DNA of 64,000 nucleotides from Octopus vulgaris (lineage: Eukaryota): the NCBI GenBank assembly GCA_951406725.2, contig OX597816.1, positions 52,390,001 to 52,454,000 of the forward strand, given 5' to 3'. Below, one piece after another: positions 14,221-27,689 of this stretch. Numbering within the stretch: position 1 is the stretch's first letter; each line of letters begins with the position of its first letter. Below the pieces are notes generated by a model. That model saw only the letters and a list, made by a program, of their open reading frames with translations. It searched no databases and had not been told where the DNA came from. Both the position numbers and the translations under genes were made by a program.

Positions 14221-14670
14221 TAGGCATAGGAGTGGCTGTGTGGTACGTAGCTCACCTACCAACCACATGGCTCCGGATTCAGTCCCACTGCGTGGCACCT
14301 TGGGCAAGTGTCTTCTACTATAGCCTCGGGTGAACCAAAGCCTTGTGAGAGGATTTGCTAGACGGAAACTGAAAGAAGCCTGTCGTATATATATTATTGA
14401 TATACTGAATTGATAAAAGGTGGGTTTTTTTCTAATTTATATATATATATATATATAAATATTATATTTTGTGAAATTTGATTTAGTATTTCTAAAATGA
14501 ATTTTTCCCTGTAAGTTTGGAATAATAGTCCCTCATATTATTATTATATGTGTATGTGTGTGTGTGTTTGTCTCCCCAACATCGCTTGACAACTAATGCT
14601 GGTGTGTTTACATCCCCGTAACTTAGTGGTTCGGCAAAAGGGACGATAGAATAAGTACTATGCTTCCAGG
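14221..14670 (+). mobile_element. SINE family A with an AT-rich insertion in its internal microsatellite
   Basis: Head at 14221-14390, foreign AT-rich sequence to ~14545, then the body resumes. Confidence 0.8.
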
Positions 14671-14924
14671 CTAGTGCTCATTTACAGCTAAGCAGTCTGG
14701 AGTACCAAAAGAAAAAGAAAATGGAGAACTTCGTTCAAGAACAAGGACATCTGGTTCGAGAATTGAACATGCAGCCTTACAATCATGAGCTGAACATTCT
14801 AGCCATTACATCATGTGTTGTCACAAGAGAACTGCAAACCAATACTTGCATATAAAAACTGACGTATAGGAGTAAAGTTCTTAATTTAGTTAATTGATTT
14901 ATAATTTGTAAGTAACAAACAATG

Positions 14925-15230
14925 TGGAGGCACAATGGCCCAGAGGTTAGGGCAGCAGACTCACGGTCGGAGGATCGCGGTTTCGATTCCCAGACCAGAC
15001 GTTGTATGGGCTTATTGGGCGAAAACACCTAAAAAGCTCCATGAGGCTCTGGCAGGGAGTGGTGGCGACCCCTGTTATATTCTTCCACTCCAACTTTCTC
15101 TCACTCTCTTTTCCTGTTTCTTGAGTAACGTTGCAATGGACTGGCGTCCCGTCCAGCTAGTGGGGAACACATATGCCACAGAAACTGGGAAACCGGGCCC
15201 ATGAGCCTGGCTAGGCTTGAAAAGGGCAAC
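14925..15230 (+). mobile_element. tRNA-derived SINE family B; other copies at ~5709-6010 (+), 23690-24063 (-), 51500-51805 (-), 55685-55990 (-), 36210-36395 (-, partial), 1770-1894 (+, old)
   Basis: Head ggaggcacaatggcccagaggttagggcagcagactcacggtcggaggatcgcggtttcgattccc, with A and B boxes. Confidence 0.85.
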
Positions 15231-15511
15231 GTTTTAACAAACAATGCCTAATAGTGATGTAACAGATATCCATACAAAAAACAGTGTACACAGAGGTCTA
15301 CAGATCAGTGATTCTCTCATATATGAATGAAACAGTATTTAAATTGCTTTTTATTGACAATATTCTTTTAACATTTTGTGCATGAGGCAATAGATAGGTA
15401 AGCAAGGGAGACCTAACAATGGATACTCACCAACCTAAAAAACCTAAAAATAGCAGTTAAATCTGCAAATCATACTCTCTTGTTTTTACAGAGACAAGAT
15501 GTATTACTTAA

Positions 15512-15732
15512 CTCTTTCGTTACCAACCCAGCTGAAACCAGCTCTAGCTCTGTAGTACAAATGTCTTGTTTACCTAAGTTATGAATTAAAATTTTCCACC
15601 AAACCTTAGTCACAATTAATGTTCCTAACATCAGCTTAATGATAACTAAGTTATTTTACTAAGTTCTTTGTTATATCTAAAATAATTGAGAGAAACACAG
15701 AGCATCTCAACAGAAATACAGTAACGAAAGAG
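15512..15732. mobile_element. piggyBac-type MITE, same family as 22342-22559
   Basis: TTAA TSD; TIRs ctctttcgttac / gtaacgaaagag; similar internal sequence. Confidence 0.75.
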
Positions 15733-17502
15733 TTAATGTGTTCCTATATACCATTGGAAATAAAGGTTAATCATAGATATTTTGCTTGATCAAGATTGAG
15801 AAGGGGGCTAAAGAACAAAAATAATAATAATAATCCTTTCTACTAAAGGCAAATAATAATAATAATAATAATAATGACGACGACGACGACATTCAACCAA
15901 TGATGCAGTTTCTTCATTGTATCTTGATCTGCAGAAATACCAGCAAAATCTCACTCAAATCACACCTTTTATCTCAGGGCAAGTTACATTAGATAATGTA
16001 GTCCTATATTTCTCTAAAGCAATGAGATGGTCATGGCTGGAATGACTTTGAATAGAGGTCTGCTTGAATAGACTCAAGCCAATGGACGACACTCTACACA
16101 TTCATCATACCTGCTATAATTAATAGCCAATTTCCTTTCAAATTTTACTGTCTTGTTTCTAAGATATATGAACATTATAGATGTAATCCAAAATATTATA
16201 CAAAGGAAAGATATTACTGCGACTATTTGAATGTTAGTTGAACAATTTAACTTCAGCTCGCAGAAACATCTAGAATAATGGATTTGTGAGTTGCATTTAA
16301 TTGCTCAGCAGGCTAGCTGCATGCTATAGGTCTGCGTGATCAGAAATGACCTGGAGCTATACTTCAACAATGAATAAGTAAAATGCTAGAAAAACGTCCT
16401 GCTGTCCACTTAAGGGGGGGTTATCTTTTTATATGCACGTACTCTGACTGTTTTGAGAACCACTACTTTGGGCCTTAAATGATTAAAGTTAGTGTTTAAT
16501 GCAAGTATGTGCTTCTGAATGCCAATCAATTAAATGTAAAGTGAAAGTGATAATTTTTTTGTTTGTCCTGCAAGGTTGTGGGGAGTTTAAAAAAGGGCTT
16601 CATACGTGTGAAAGAATTTTAATTTGATAACATGTGAGTTGAATAATAATAAGGTAGGAGTGTGAAAGCAAAGGAATAGAAGAGAACTGAAGTTAAATAA
16701 GACAAGAAATATAAGTAGGCAAACATACAAACTAATGGCATATAAAATAGAACAGTCAGGAAATAGATAAAGAGTGAGAAAGGAGAAACTTGTGAAAATG
16801 GCATAGAGTAATATAAAAACAGGAAAAGAGAATGGGGAGTGAAAAATCAGTCTTGCTAATGGTAATCTTAATCACAACTAATTGATGATGGACCAAAATT
16901 TGAATTTTTTACGGTTTAGAATTTTGCAGTTAGTTACTTAACTGCTATTATTCAAATAGGAACATCAAAAATGACTGTAAGAGCTTGCTGAATTCAGACT
17001 ATTTATAATTGTCTGAAATATAAAGACACATAGTATTAAAAGAAATAATACACATGTAATTCTTTGTGTTTAAAATACTGCTTCCATATCACATATATTA
17101 GTAAATTAGTACTACTTATCAGGGAAAAGGCTGTGGGAGAAAGGGGCTATCCCAGAATAAAATTAACAACAAAACTAAGTATAACTTTTATACTAGCTCT
17201 CCTATGTTAGCATTGATTAGATATAAAAAAATATTCATGCTAATTGAGGTCATATAAAAACATCAGAGAGACTATATAGAAAGAGATAAATTAAAACTGT
17301 GCACCAGAATATCAGAACAAATATAACATAGTGCATGTGTGATAGATAATCCATTTAGATTTGTGCTGAGAATAGTGAATCTGTAGCTTTGCAGGTATAG
17401 AAGACAAGGATCATTATATTTTGGTAAATGTGATGAGCACAACAGAGCCACAAGTGGAATAAAGGCAATAGCATCCACATGAGGAATCCGTAAGTATCTC
17501 AC

Positions 17503-17702
17503 CCTTGTCTCATCAGAAAAGTTACTCATCAACTCTTCGTCATCGTATGCAGGCGTACACTGAGAAAGGTCTACGATACAATCAGTATCCTGTACCTTTC
17601 CCATCGTTTGTCCAGTATCCATTTCTACTGGCTGGGACAGCATGTTGTCAGGATAACTCCAATGATTTGGTATTACTCGATGTTTACCATCATAGGCTGG
17701 GG
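17503..17702 (-). CDS. FRMPD4: FRMPD-like exon after the FERM domain (APAYDGKHRVIPNHWSYPDNMLSQPVEMDTG...MSNFSDETR)
   Basis: Acceptor tttttattacag, donor gtgaga, 200 nt, phase 1-0. Joins exon 34070 as G+CC (Ala). The PxY..H.V.P..WSYP motif is recalled from invertebrate FRMPD proteins. Confidence 0.8.
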
Positions 17703-18034
17703 CTGTAATAAAAACAAAAAAAAAAAAGCAGAAAGTTACACAGAAAACTTTACTGAATTTAAATAATCTAAATATCTAAGGAAAGTTCTAACAAGATTAT
17801 CTTTCTTTTGCTTTTTTTCAGACTAGTAAACTTATCTTTGGAGATGAAAAAGGTTGTTAATATTTAATCCGTTTTCTGACTATTTACCTCATCTTTGAAA
17901 ACAGAAATATAGTTTTTAACATTTACATCTTCACTGCATTTTAACTGGTTTGATTTGAAATCATCATCAAGTGTCTTATTCCTAGATGTAAATATAGAAC
18001 CTGACTGTATTTGAACTGAGAACACATACTTTAA

Positions 18035-18254
18035 CCTTTTAGCATTCAGGTTACTCTGTCAAATATAATGCTTATTTATTCATATTGCTTGAAATTAATC
18101 ATGCATTATCATATAGCTTTGATATTTCAATGATGTGATTGTTTAGTTTTAGAATGAAATTGTTGGGTAGATGTGAAAGGCTGGATCTGGCCAGTTTGAA
18201 CATAAAGCAGGTAGAATATTTTGGCTGGATATGGCAGGTTTAAATGCTAAAGGA
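18035..18254. mobile_element. Second piggyBac-type MITE family; older copy at ~13877-14085
   Basis: TTAA flanks; TIRs ccttttagcatt / aatgctaaagga. Confidence 0.65.
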
Positions 18255-18831
18255 TTAAAGTAAGGATGATAATATGTTTATCCTGTATGCCAAGGACTCT
18301 ACTAAAAATAAAAGGTTCCTAGATTGAATCGTTTGTTAAACTATGTGAATCTCTAGGTATAGGAGACTTGATGATGAACATTGGAGATCAAATGAGCCAA
18401 GGAGTAATCTACATGTAAATACTGGTGACCAGCAATTTTTTTTGTGAGTGTGGAGGGGGTGGATGTTGATTACATCAACCCCAGTGCCCAACTGGTATTT
18501 ATTTTTTGACCCTGAAAGGATGAAAGGTAAAGTCGATTTTGGTGGAATTTGAATATAGACTGTAAAGACAGACAAAATGCTGCTAAGCTTTTTGCCCAGT
18601 GTGCTTACAATTCTGATAGCTTGCTGCCTTTGTCTATGTGTAAATTTTAAACGTTTACATCAGTCCCAAATGTACAGCATCTTAAGCAAGTGTCTTCTAC
18701 TATAGCCCTGGGCTGACCAATGTGAATTTAGTTGGAAACTGTGCAGAAGTCCGTTGCAAATGTTAAGCATGTGAACGCACATGTATGTACATTTTTATGC
18801 TTGTCTCTCATCCTTATAACTTGTTGGTTTA

Positions 18832-19033
18832 CTCTTACTCTCTTTTACTTGTTTCAGTCATTTGACTGTGGCCATGTTGGAGCACCGCCTTTAGTTGAGC
18901 AAATCGACCGCAGGACTTATTCCTTCGTAAGCCTAGTACTTATTCTATCAGTCTCTTTTGCCGAACTGCTAAGTTACAGGGATGTAAACACACTAGCATC
19001 TGTTGTCAAGCGATGTTGGGAGGGCAAACATAT

Positions 19034-19064
<31 letters not shown>

Positions 19065-19213
19065 CGACAGGCTTCTTTCAGTTTCCGTCTACTCAAAAGG
19101 CTTTGGTCGGGCCAAGGCTATAGTAGAAGACACTTACCCAAGGTGCCACTCAGTGGGACTGAACCCAAAACCATGAGGTTGCTAAATAAGCTACTTACCA
19201 CACAGCCACTCCT
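18832..19213 (-). mobile_element. SINE family A nested in an older, oppositely oriented copy (~18660-19355)
   Basis: Flanks are the two halves of a diverged plus-strand copy. Confidence 0.8.
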
Positions 19214-20054
19214 AAAACTTAGTGGTTTAGAATAAAGAGAATGATAAATACGTATCAAGGTTGAAAATAGGTACTAAAATCAATCTGGTTGACTAAATAT
19301 TTCAAGGCAGTGCCCAAATCTGGCTGCAGTCCAATGACTGAAACAAATGAAAGACTCTCTAAAGATAAGGTTTTCAGTGAATGTTTTTGAGTATCTTTAT
19401 GGTTTTATGTTATTTTATAATCTTATTTCCCACTAATGTGGGATTTGGCTGTAAAGCAAAAACAGGATGTTAGGCTTAGCTCTTGTTTAAATAGAGATCA
19501 TGGAGTTATTCATATGGGCAATAGTATGTTTATTTAGTAGTAGTAGTGGTGGGGGTATTTTCAGTGATAGTAGTGTGTTTTTTTTTAGTTTGTGTTGTTA
19601 TTAATTTGCCACCTATTGTTATTACAAATCTTATATAATAGCTACATTACTGATATTCCTTTGTTCAACTTATTACTTTGTGAGTTATCTTCCATATATC
19701 ATTAATATATGTGCGTGAGTATCAGAATGGGAAAAGGAACAATATTCTCCCTATATATATATATATATATATGTTCTCTATTAATTATATACATATAAAT
19801 TGCTTCTATTTGTCCCTTATTTTCCACTTAAATTTTTTCCTTGTTGATGAAGTCTTCCTAAAGAATGTAAAATAACTATTGCGATTATGGATACTATTGT
19901 TAGCTGTATGTGATGAATAAACAAAGCCTTAACTTAGTTTTAATTCTTGTTTGCAACTTCTGCTAAGAAAACAGGGTGACTGGAATACAAAATGAAGTGC
20001 TTATTTTGTCTTCTCTACAAATTTCATCTGACATGTTTGTATAATAGTAATAGT

Positions 20055-21081
20055 CCTTTTTATTATAGGGACAAGGCCTGGAATTTTGTGGGAAGGGAAT
20101 AGTTATTTGCATCATCCCCTGTGCTTCACTGGTACTTAATTTATCAACCCCAAAAGGATGAAAGGCAAAGTCAACCTCAGCAAAATTTGAACTCAGAGTG
20201 TAGCAGCAGATGTAATACCATCAAGCAGTTCACCCAGCATACTAACAATTCTGCCAGCTCACTGCCTTAATAATAATAATAATAATATTTGCCCTGATGC
20301 AGTACCAGGCAGTGGCTCACGTGGCTTCTGATCTTAACTGATTGGAAGTGTTATCATGTACATTGTTTTGTCTTGGTATAAAAGACGGGCTACAGCAAAT
20401 ATTCTGCTCAATACCACAGATTTGCTTGTCACTTGTTTGACCTTAACCAGTTGAGCATGTCCCTTAGTGGCCAACGATATGGGCATCTCTGATCATGAAC
20501 AGAAGTAGTAGGGGAGCATCATAGCCATGTGTTGAGAGGGATTCTTTGGGGTTTAAATAATTCACCTCTGGAAACATGGGTGTTTCATTGAACATCCTTA
20601 AACAATCCTTATTCAGGGACCTTTTGAGCAGGATGGGCTACTCGACCAGAAGAAAATTCTAACTGGGCCCCACCTGCAAGGTCATGCAATGTTTATCTTG
20701 ATATGAGGTCACCATGTCGCGCACATATAGTTGTGATGCATGTGCCAGGTGTACCCTTATCAGATAGGTAGCACTGATGGGTATATTGGGCTTCGTATAT
20801 TTGTACCCCAGTGTCACTTTGATGGCATGCACTGCTCTCTCACTCAATAATAATAATGATTTCAAATTTTGGTACAAATCCAGCAAGATCAGAGGAGGGG
20901 GAGAATCAATTACATGGACCCTAGTGCTCAACTGGTACTTATTTCATTGATCCTGAAAGGATAAAAAGCAAAGTTGACCTTGGCAGAATTTGAACTCAGA
21001 ACGTAAAGACAGACGAAATGACACTAAGCATTTTGCCCAGCATGCTAACAATCTTATCAGCTAGTCGCCTTTAAAATAATG

Positions 21082-21115
<34 letters not shown>

Positions 21116-21555
21116 TAATTCTTTTTTCAATTTTGGTACAATGCCAACAGTCTCAAGGAGAGGTGATTAATACCACCAATCTTGATACTTGACTGGTGAT
21201 TTATTTTATTGATCCTGGAAAGATAAAAGGCAAAGTTGACCTTGGCTACATTTGAACACAGAATGAAAGAACCAAAAGAAATACTGCAAAGCACTTTTTC
21301 TGATGCTCTAACCATTCCACCAGCTTACTGCCAAAAAGGTTTCAAATTTTGGCACCAAGTTAGCAAGTTCAGGGGAATGGGTAAGTGGATTACATTGACC
21401 CCCAGAATTCAACTGGTACTTATTTAATGGATCCCAAAAGGATGAATGGCAAAGTCAACCTAGGCAGAATTTTAACTCAGAACATAAAGCTGAATGAAAT
21501 GCTGCTAAGCATTTTGCTTGGCATGTAAACAACTCTGCCAACTCACTCCCCTAAT
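20055..21555 (-). mobile_element. Cluster of four SINE family C copies separated by (TAA)n
   Basis: Cores aaaggatgaaaggcaaagtcaacc at ~20155, 20960, 21220 and 21440. Confidence 0.75.
20290..20856 (+). mobile_element. Unclassified interspersed element embedded in (TAA)n
   Basis: GC-richer 570-bp block flanked on both sides by (TAA)n; likely the 3' UTR of a TAA-targeting retroelement (inference). Confidence 0.45.
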
Positions 21556-21635
21556 AATAATCATTATGTGGAATCTGTACCAAACATGTTTGTATTCCAT
21601 GTTCTGTGGTTTGGTGTTCCCTAAGAAATCTAGAT

Positions 21636-22035
21636 ATAGGTGCAGGAGTGGCTGTGTGGTAAGTACCTTGCTTACGAACCACATGGTTCCAGGTTCAGTC
21701 CCACTGCATGGCACCTTGGGCAAGTGTCTTCTACTATAGCCTCGGACTGACCAAAGCCTTGTGAGTGGATTTGGCAGACGGAAACTGAAAGAAGCCCGTT
21801 GCATATATGTATACATATATGTGTGTGTTTGTGTGTCTGTGTTTGTCCTCGCAACATCGATTGACAACTGATGCTGGTGTGCTTACATCCTTGTAGCTAA
21901 GCAGTTCGGCAAAAGAGAACCGATAGAATAAGTACTAGGCTTACAAAGAATAAGTCCTGGGGTTGATTTGCTCGACTAAAGGCAGTGCTCCAGCATGGCC
22001 ACAGTCAAATGACTGAAACAAGTAAAAGAGTAAAA
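21636..22035 (+). mobile_element. SINE family A inserted in the RTE relic
   Basis: Full length; TSD-like gatatag/gtatag. Confidence 0.9.
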
Positions 22036-22341
22036 GGAGTATAGAGGAATGGTTTGTGAGTGATGTGCGAGCCTTGTACAGAGATGCTGTTAGTAAGGTG
22101 AGAGTTGGCAATGAGATCAGTGAAAAAATTTTAGCAAACAGCTAAGTGTCCATCAAGCCCCCTTTTAGGCCATAACACAGGGATTCAATATAAGCTGTTC
22201 ATATAAGCTTTTGTATGCCAATGATCTAGTTCTCATTGTTAAATGCATTAAAAAATTAGAGAAAAAATTATAATCATAAAAGCAAATCTTTAACAGAAAG
22301 GTTTTACACTAAAACTAGCAAATACAACAGTATCCATTTAA

Positions 22342-22559
22342 CCCTTTCGTTACCAACCAGGCTGAAACCGGCTCTGGCTCTGAGTACAAATGTCTTGTTT
22401 TCAAGTTCTTAATTAAAATCTTCCACCAAACCTTAGTCACAATTTATGTTCCTAACACTAACTGAATGATAACTAAGTTCTTTTACTAAATTCTTTGTTA
22501 TATTTAAAATAATTGAAAGTAACACAGAGCATCTCAAAATAAATACAGTAACGAAAGGG
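22342..22559. mobile_element. piggyBac-type MITE inserted in the RTE relic
   Basis: TTAA TSD; TIRs ccctttcgttac / gtaacgaaaggg. Confidence 0.8.
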
Positions 22560-23176
22560 TTAAAAAGTAGTTCTGCTCAGTATGCAGAAAAGGAATCCGT
22601 AGGAATTCCCTACAGTATATTCAGTGTAAATTATAAGTACACATAAGTACTGTAGGATAACAAGCAATTTACAAGGATTTCATACAGTAGATATGCAAGA
22701 GCTATTGGCAATAAAATCAGTCATAAAATTTATTCACAAGGGTTCCCAAGAAGTAGTTGATAGCTTTTGTTACCTAGGTGACCTATTTAGCTGTGGAATG
22801 GTTTGTTCTAAAAGAACAGTAGCTAGAATAAGAACAGAGTAAAGAGAGTTCAAGGATTTGTTACATTTGCTGGCAACAAAATGATTATTTCTACAAGTAA
22901 AGGGCAGATCATATTATGCTCTTTTATGAAGTGCGGGGTCATGAAATATGGGCATTGAAAATGTGTCTGCAGTATGGAGATTGGAAGGAAAAGAAGAAAG
23001 TATGTTCTGCTGGATTTGTAATCTGCGTGTGTATGAATGACAAAGTACAAATATGCTGAAAAAAAAAATACTGGGAATAAGGGGAATCAGAAAGGAAGAC
23101 TCTGTTAGTTCAGGCATGTGATGTCAATAGAAGAGGATGGTAGTAGGTAAATAAATGTTAAACAATGTGTGTGGAA

Positions 23177-23520
23177 TTCTATTGTGGCTCGGGAGAGTCA
23201 TTTTCTTTTTGTGTCTTATAATACAACACACTCACCGGTAAAATTTCCACTTATTCCTTATTTTAATTTTCCTAAAATTTTCATTGCATCTTGCAACCTT
23301 TTCAATAGTCTTGACTCTTGAAGACTATTGAAAAATGTTGCAAGATGCAATGAAAATTTTAAGAAAATTAAAATAAGGAATAAGTGGAAATTTTACCGGT
23401 GAGTGTGTTACATTATAAGGCACAAAAAGAAAATGACTCTCCCCAGACACCAAAGAATGTTTCAACAAACAAACTCATATGAAGAATCTTGCAAACCAAA
23501 TCCAAAAACGAAATGTATGT
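23177..23520. repeat. Foldback inverted repeat (~135-bp arms); a single-arm copy of the family lies at 13355-13553
   Basis: gggagagtcattttctttttgtg...ttcaatagtctt is mirrored by aagactattgaa...cacaaaaagaaaatgactctccc. Confidence 0.75.
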
Positions 23521-25387
23521 GGAAGAAAACCTACAAAAGATGAAGACTGAGGAAGATGAGGCAAAGGCTGATTTCATGAAGTAAATGACAAGGGACTGCA
23601 ATGTGTGGTAAGACAGCATGTAGAAGATTCTTTAACCTATGCAAGCACGGGTTAAAGGGGATTTTCTGCAGCACATGCTGCTGCTGTTGCATGTTTGTTT
23701 GTTGAGCAAAGCGGTGTTCATCCCAGTAGTGGGAGAAGTCCGAAATGTGGTCCATTGCTATTCGTAAGACCCGCAGAAGAGAAAGCAGGTCGACCCCCGA
23801 CACTGAGAGCATCGACGGATGGATGAATGCGCATCCAGGCTCAGCGGTTGCGTAAGAAGTCGGGGACAAGAAACAGGAAGAAAGAGTGAGAGAAAGTTGT
23901 GGCGAAAGAGTACAACAGGGGTCACCACCACCCCTTGCTGGAGCCTCATGGAGCTTTAGGTGTTTTCGCTCAATAAACACACACAATGCCCGGTCTGGGA
24001 ATCGAAACCGCGATCCACCGACCACCAGTCTGCTGCCCTAACCACTGGGCCATTGCGCCTCCACGCTGCTGCTGCTTATCATGATGATGATCATTTATTG
24101 ATCACTGTTAAGTGTTTCATCCTAATCTTGTTCCATAGCAATACAGATAGAGACTGAGAGAAAGGGATTAAGGATAGTTCTTAGACGCCATACAAAATAA
24201 AAACAGCAACTGAATAATTGTACTCACTGGCTACCATACATATACAATACAAATTGACAACATTATATATATATAGATATATCTATATATATATATGAAT
24301 ATGTCTTCATAATGCTAATGGGATAGAAAGAAAATGATAATTGCCCAAATCTTTGTGTCATGAATGATTTGTGATTAAAATGGCATAATATAATATTCAT
24401 ATAACGGAATTAGCGAAAGGAAAAATGGAAACAGATGAGTTCGAATGTCAAACAATAAAAATGACACCAGTTATTTGGATTTGAAAGAGAAGTCAGCAGT
24501 TGTTTTGGTCATTAGATTCGATGTTGTCTAGCTGTCATTGTTTCTGACAGCCTACTGAGGTTTATATCATTTAACAATGTCAAAAGCGAAGATATTAAAC
24601 ATTTTAAAAACATAGTTATAATTTTCTCTTATGTTTTAGTCAGGATGGGAGGGCAGTACCCATGTCACTTTACTCAAGGACTCTAAGACTGGTGGAATGG
24701 GGGGAAGAAAATACACTCAACTGGAGTCATGGCCCAAGAGTCATATGGAAGTTGGGCTGGGTGATGGATTAAGTCTATCACCCAAATAGGCCACAACAAG
24801 ATCTGAACTAAGAACATGATGAGTTGGAACAAGTATCTCATTTAATGCTTTAACGTTTCTACCAGTTCACCATTCTTGGCTGGTAATTTTTTATCTGTTC
24901 CCAAAAAGAAGAAAAATGGCATTGATCATGATGGGTTTTGAAAACTGAGATTACGAAGACTCAGAACAAAACTGTGAAACATTGAGTCTGACTCACTAAT
25001 GACTCTTCCAATTTGTTGTTATGACCACTACTTTAAAATCGCCACAAGTACTAAAATTTATTGCTTTTGATGGCCTTCCACAGCTGCTTACTTTGTGAGA
25101 AATAGCTTCCAAATCTCCACCAAATAATATTCTATCAATAAAAAATCTAACCGTGGCTCCCAGTACATGGAGAAAAGACAGGATGGACGCCACTATAATG
25201 CCTTTGGTCTGTGGTCTTCTAAATCGGGGTTAAGCTGGGCTAAACCAAAACAACTAGGACAAGAGAAGTGAAGATGTAATGTGGATTCCCCTTTCTTTAA
25301 CAGGAATAGCCCCAACTAGGAATCACTCGCTGGTACTTTCCCATTGTTAAATTCCCCTTGTTCAGATATTCTCTACAAATGCTAGGT

Positions 25388-25587
25388 CAGTGGTTCCTAC
25401 CCTTTTCACAGTGGTTCTCAACAGTAGTTCCCAATCCTTTTATTTAAATAAGTTTTACAATGGACCCCTTTTGATATGCTTGACTTGTGTATATATTTAT
25501 ATATGAAATTTTGAATCTAGTTCACAGATTCCCAGTACTACCTTTGTGAACCACCAGGGGTTTTTGATCCCAGGTTGGGAAGCATTG
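25388..25587. mobile_element. hAT-type MITE
   Basis: TIRs cagtggttcctacc / ggttgggaagcattg; TSD tgctaggt/tgctgggt. Confidence 0.6.
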
Positions 25588-25774
25588 TGCTGGGTCTTAC
25601 TGCTTCTGACAACCTCTTATGGTGAGCATGAATATACTAAATAGTTAAAATTTCAAAGGTTTTATTTTTCCAAAGCAAAAATATACTTCAGCCCAAAACA
25701 CAACTAGAACAGTGTTTCCACTTATAAGTTTACCTCTATTGAGTTTTGATAGAATTTAGAGACAGCACTGCAAG

Positions 25775-26174
25775 TTACTCTTTTACTTGTTTCAGTTATT
25801 TGACTGTGGCCATGCTGGAGCACTGCCTTTAGTCGAGCAAATCGCCCCAGGACTTATTCTTTGTAAGCCTAGTACTTATTCTATTGGTCTCTTTTGCCAA
25901 ACCGCTAAGTTACAGTGACGTAAACACACCAGCATCGGTTGTCAAGCGATGTTGGGGGGGACAAACACAGACACACAAACATATACACACACATATATAC
26001 ATATATATACGACGGGCTTCTTTCAGTTTCCGTCTACTAAATCCACTCACAAGGCTTTGGTTGACCTGAGGCTATAGTAGAAGACACTTGCCCAAGATGC
26101 TACGCAGTGGGACTGAACCTGGAACCATGTAGTTGGTAAACAAGCTACTTACCACACAGCCACTCCTACGCCTA
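25775..26174 (-). mobile_element. SINE family A
   Basis: Full-length match to the family. Confidence 0.9.
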
Positions 26175-26539
26175 GTTTTTAAATGAATACATCATCATCA
26201 TATAACATCCGTTTTCCATGCTGGCATAGGTTGTTCGGTTTAAATGAAAACTGGTAAACCAGGGAGCTGCACCAGGGTCTGATCTGATTTGGCAAGGTAT
26301 CTACAGCCAGATTCTCTTTCTAATGCCAACCATCACTCTCTAATACTCAACAATAGGTTGTCCATTACTGAGATGTACCCTATCTCTCTCTGTCTAGATA
26401 GTCATTTCAACTATACCGTATACATTAAGCTACCTACAGTGTCAGACATCATTAGAAAAAGAAGAATTTGTTTTGTAGGACAATGCTAGAGAAGTAAGGA
26501 GCAGCTGGTTTGTTACCTCCAACTCTTGATAGTTCAACA

Positions 26540-26963
26540 TTACTCTTACTCTTTACTCTTTTACTTGTTTCAGTCATTTTGACTGTGGCCATGCTGGAGT
26601 ACCGCCTTTAGTCGAGCAAATCGACCCCGGGACTTATTCTTTGTAAGCCCAGTGCTTATTCTATCGGTGTCTTTTGCCGAACCGCTAAGTGACGGGGACG
26701 TAAACACACCAGCATCGGTTGTCAAGTAATGCTAGGGGGACAAACACAGACACACAAACACACACACACACACACATATACATATATATATATATATATA
26801 TACGACAGGCTTCTTTCAGTTTCCGTCTACCAAATCCACTCACAAGGCATTGGTCGGCCCGGGGCTATAGCAGAAGACACTTGCCCAAGATGCCACGCAG
26901 TGGGACTGAACCCGGAACCATGTGGTTGGTTAGCAAGCTACTTACCACACAGCCACTCCTGCC
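26540..26963 (-). mobile_element. SINE family A
   Basis: Full-length match to the family. Confidence 0.9.
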
Positions 26964-27484
26964 CCATGGTCAAAATTTTATTGGCTTCCCTGCAAAAACA
27001 CACATTGACACAAGATGATATCGAAATAATCTGGCAAATGTCGTGTAAGACAGAAATGAGAGAAGAGTTATGTGAATTTTAGTAAACTTGACCCAATGAC
27101 AATATTGATTTAGTATCTGCTCTTCTCAACCTCTTTATGGCAATTGATCTCAGTGTAAATCAGCTCACTTCCTTTCCATCATTCCCAATGTGTCTCATCA
27201 CCTGACTTTGGTAACAGGCATAATGCCCAAACCTTCCTCTCCAGAACTGTTGTATCCCTATATATTCTCTCTTCCATGTACATGTTTCCTAACCATCCAC
27301 TGTACACACACATACATACACACACACACACACACACTATTTAATGTCAACTTTTCCATGCTTTTCATGGGTCAGATAGAATTTGTTAAAGCAGAATTTC
27401 TACAGTTGGATATCCTGCTTGTTTCCAAGCATGGTAATATTTCCTCATAACCAGACACATTTTCTTTTCTTTTTTTGGAGAAAC

Positions 27485-27648
27485 AGGCGTAGAAGTTGCT
27501 GTGTGGTAAGTAGCTTGCTTCCCAACCACATGGTTTCGGGTTCAGCCCCACAGCATGGCACCTTGGACAACTGTCTTCTACTATAGCTTCAGGCCAACCA
27601 AAGCCTTGTGAGTGGATTTGGTAGACGGAAACTGAAAGAAGCTCATCG

Positions 27649-27689
<41 letters not shown>

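Larger units (their letters stand above)
21580..23140 (+). mobile_element. Highly degenerate RTE-type LINE reverse transcriptase relic, interrupted by a SINE and a MITE
   Basis: Fragments translate SLRNL.IEEWFVSDVRALYRDAVSKVRVG, LLYANDLVLI (YADD-like) and VVDSFCYLGD. Confidence 0.7.

Noticed and set aside
18732-19235. 167-aa ORF and similar [17 protein letters not shown] peptides elsewhere
   Set aside because: Antisense translations of SINE family A.
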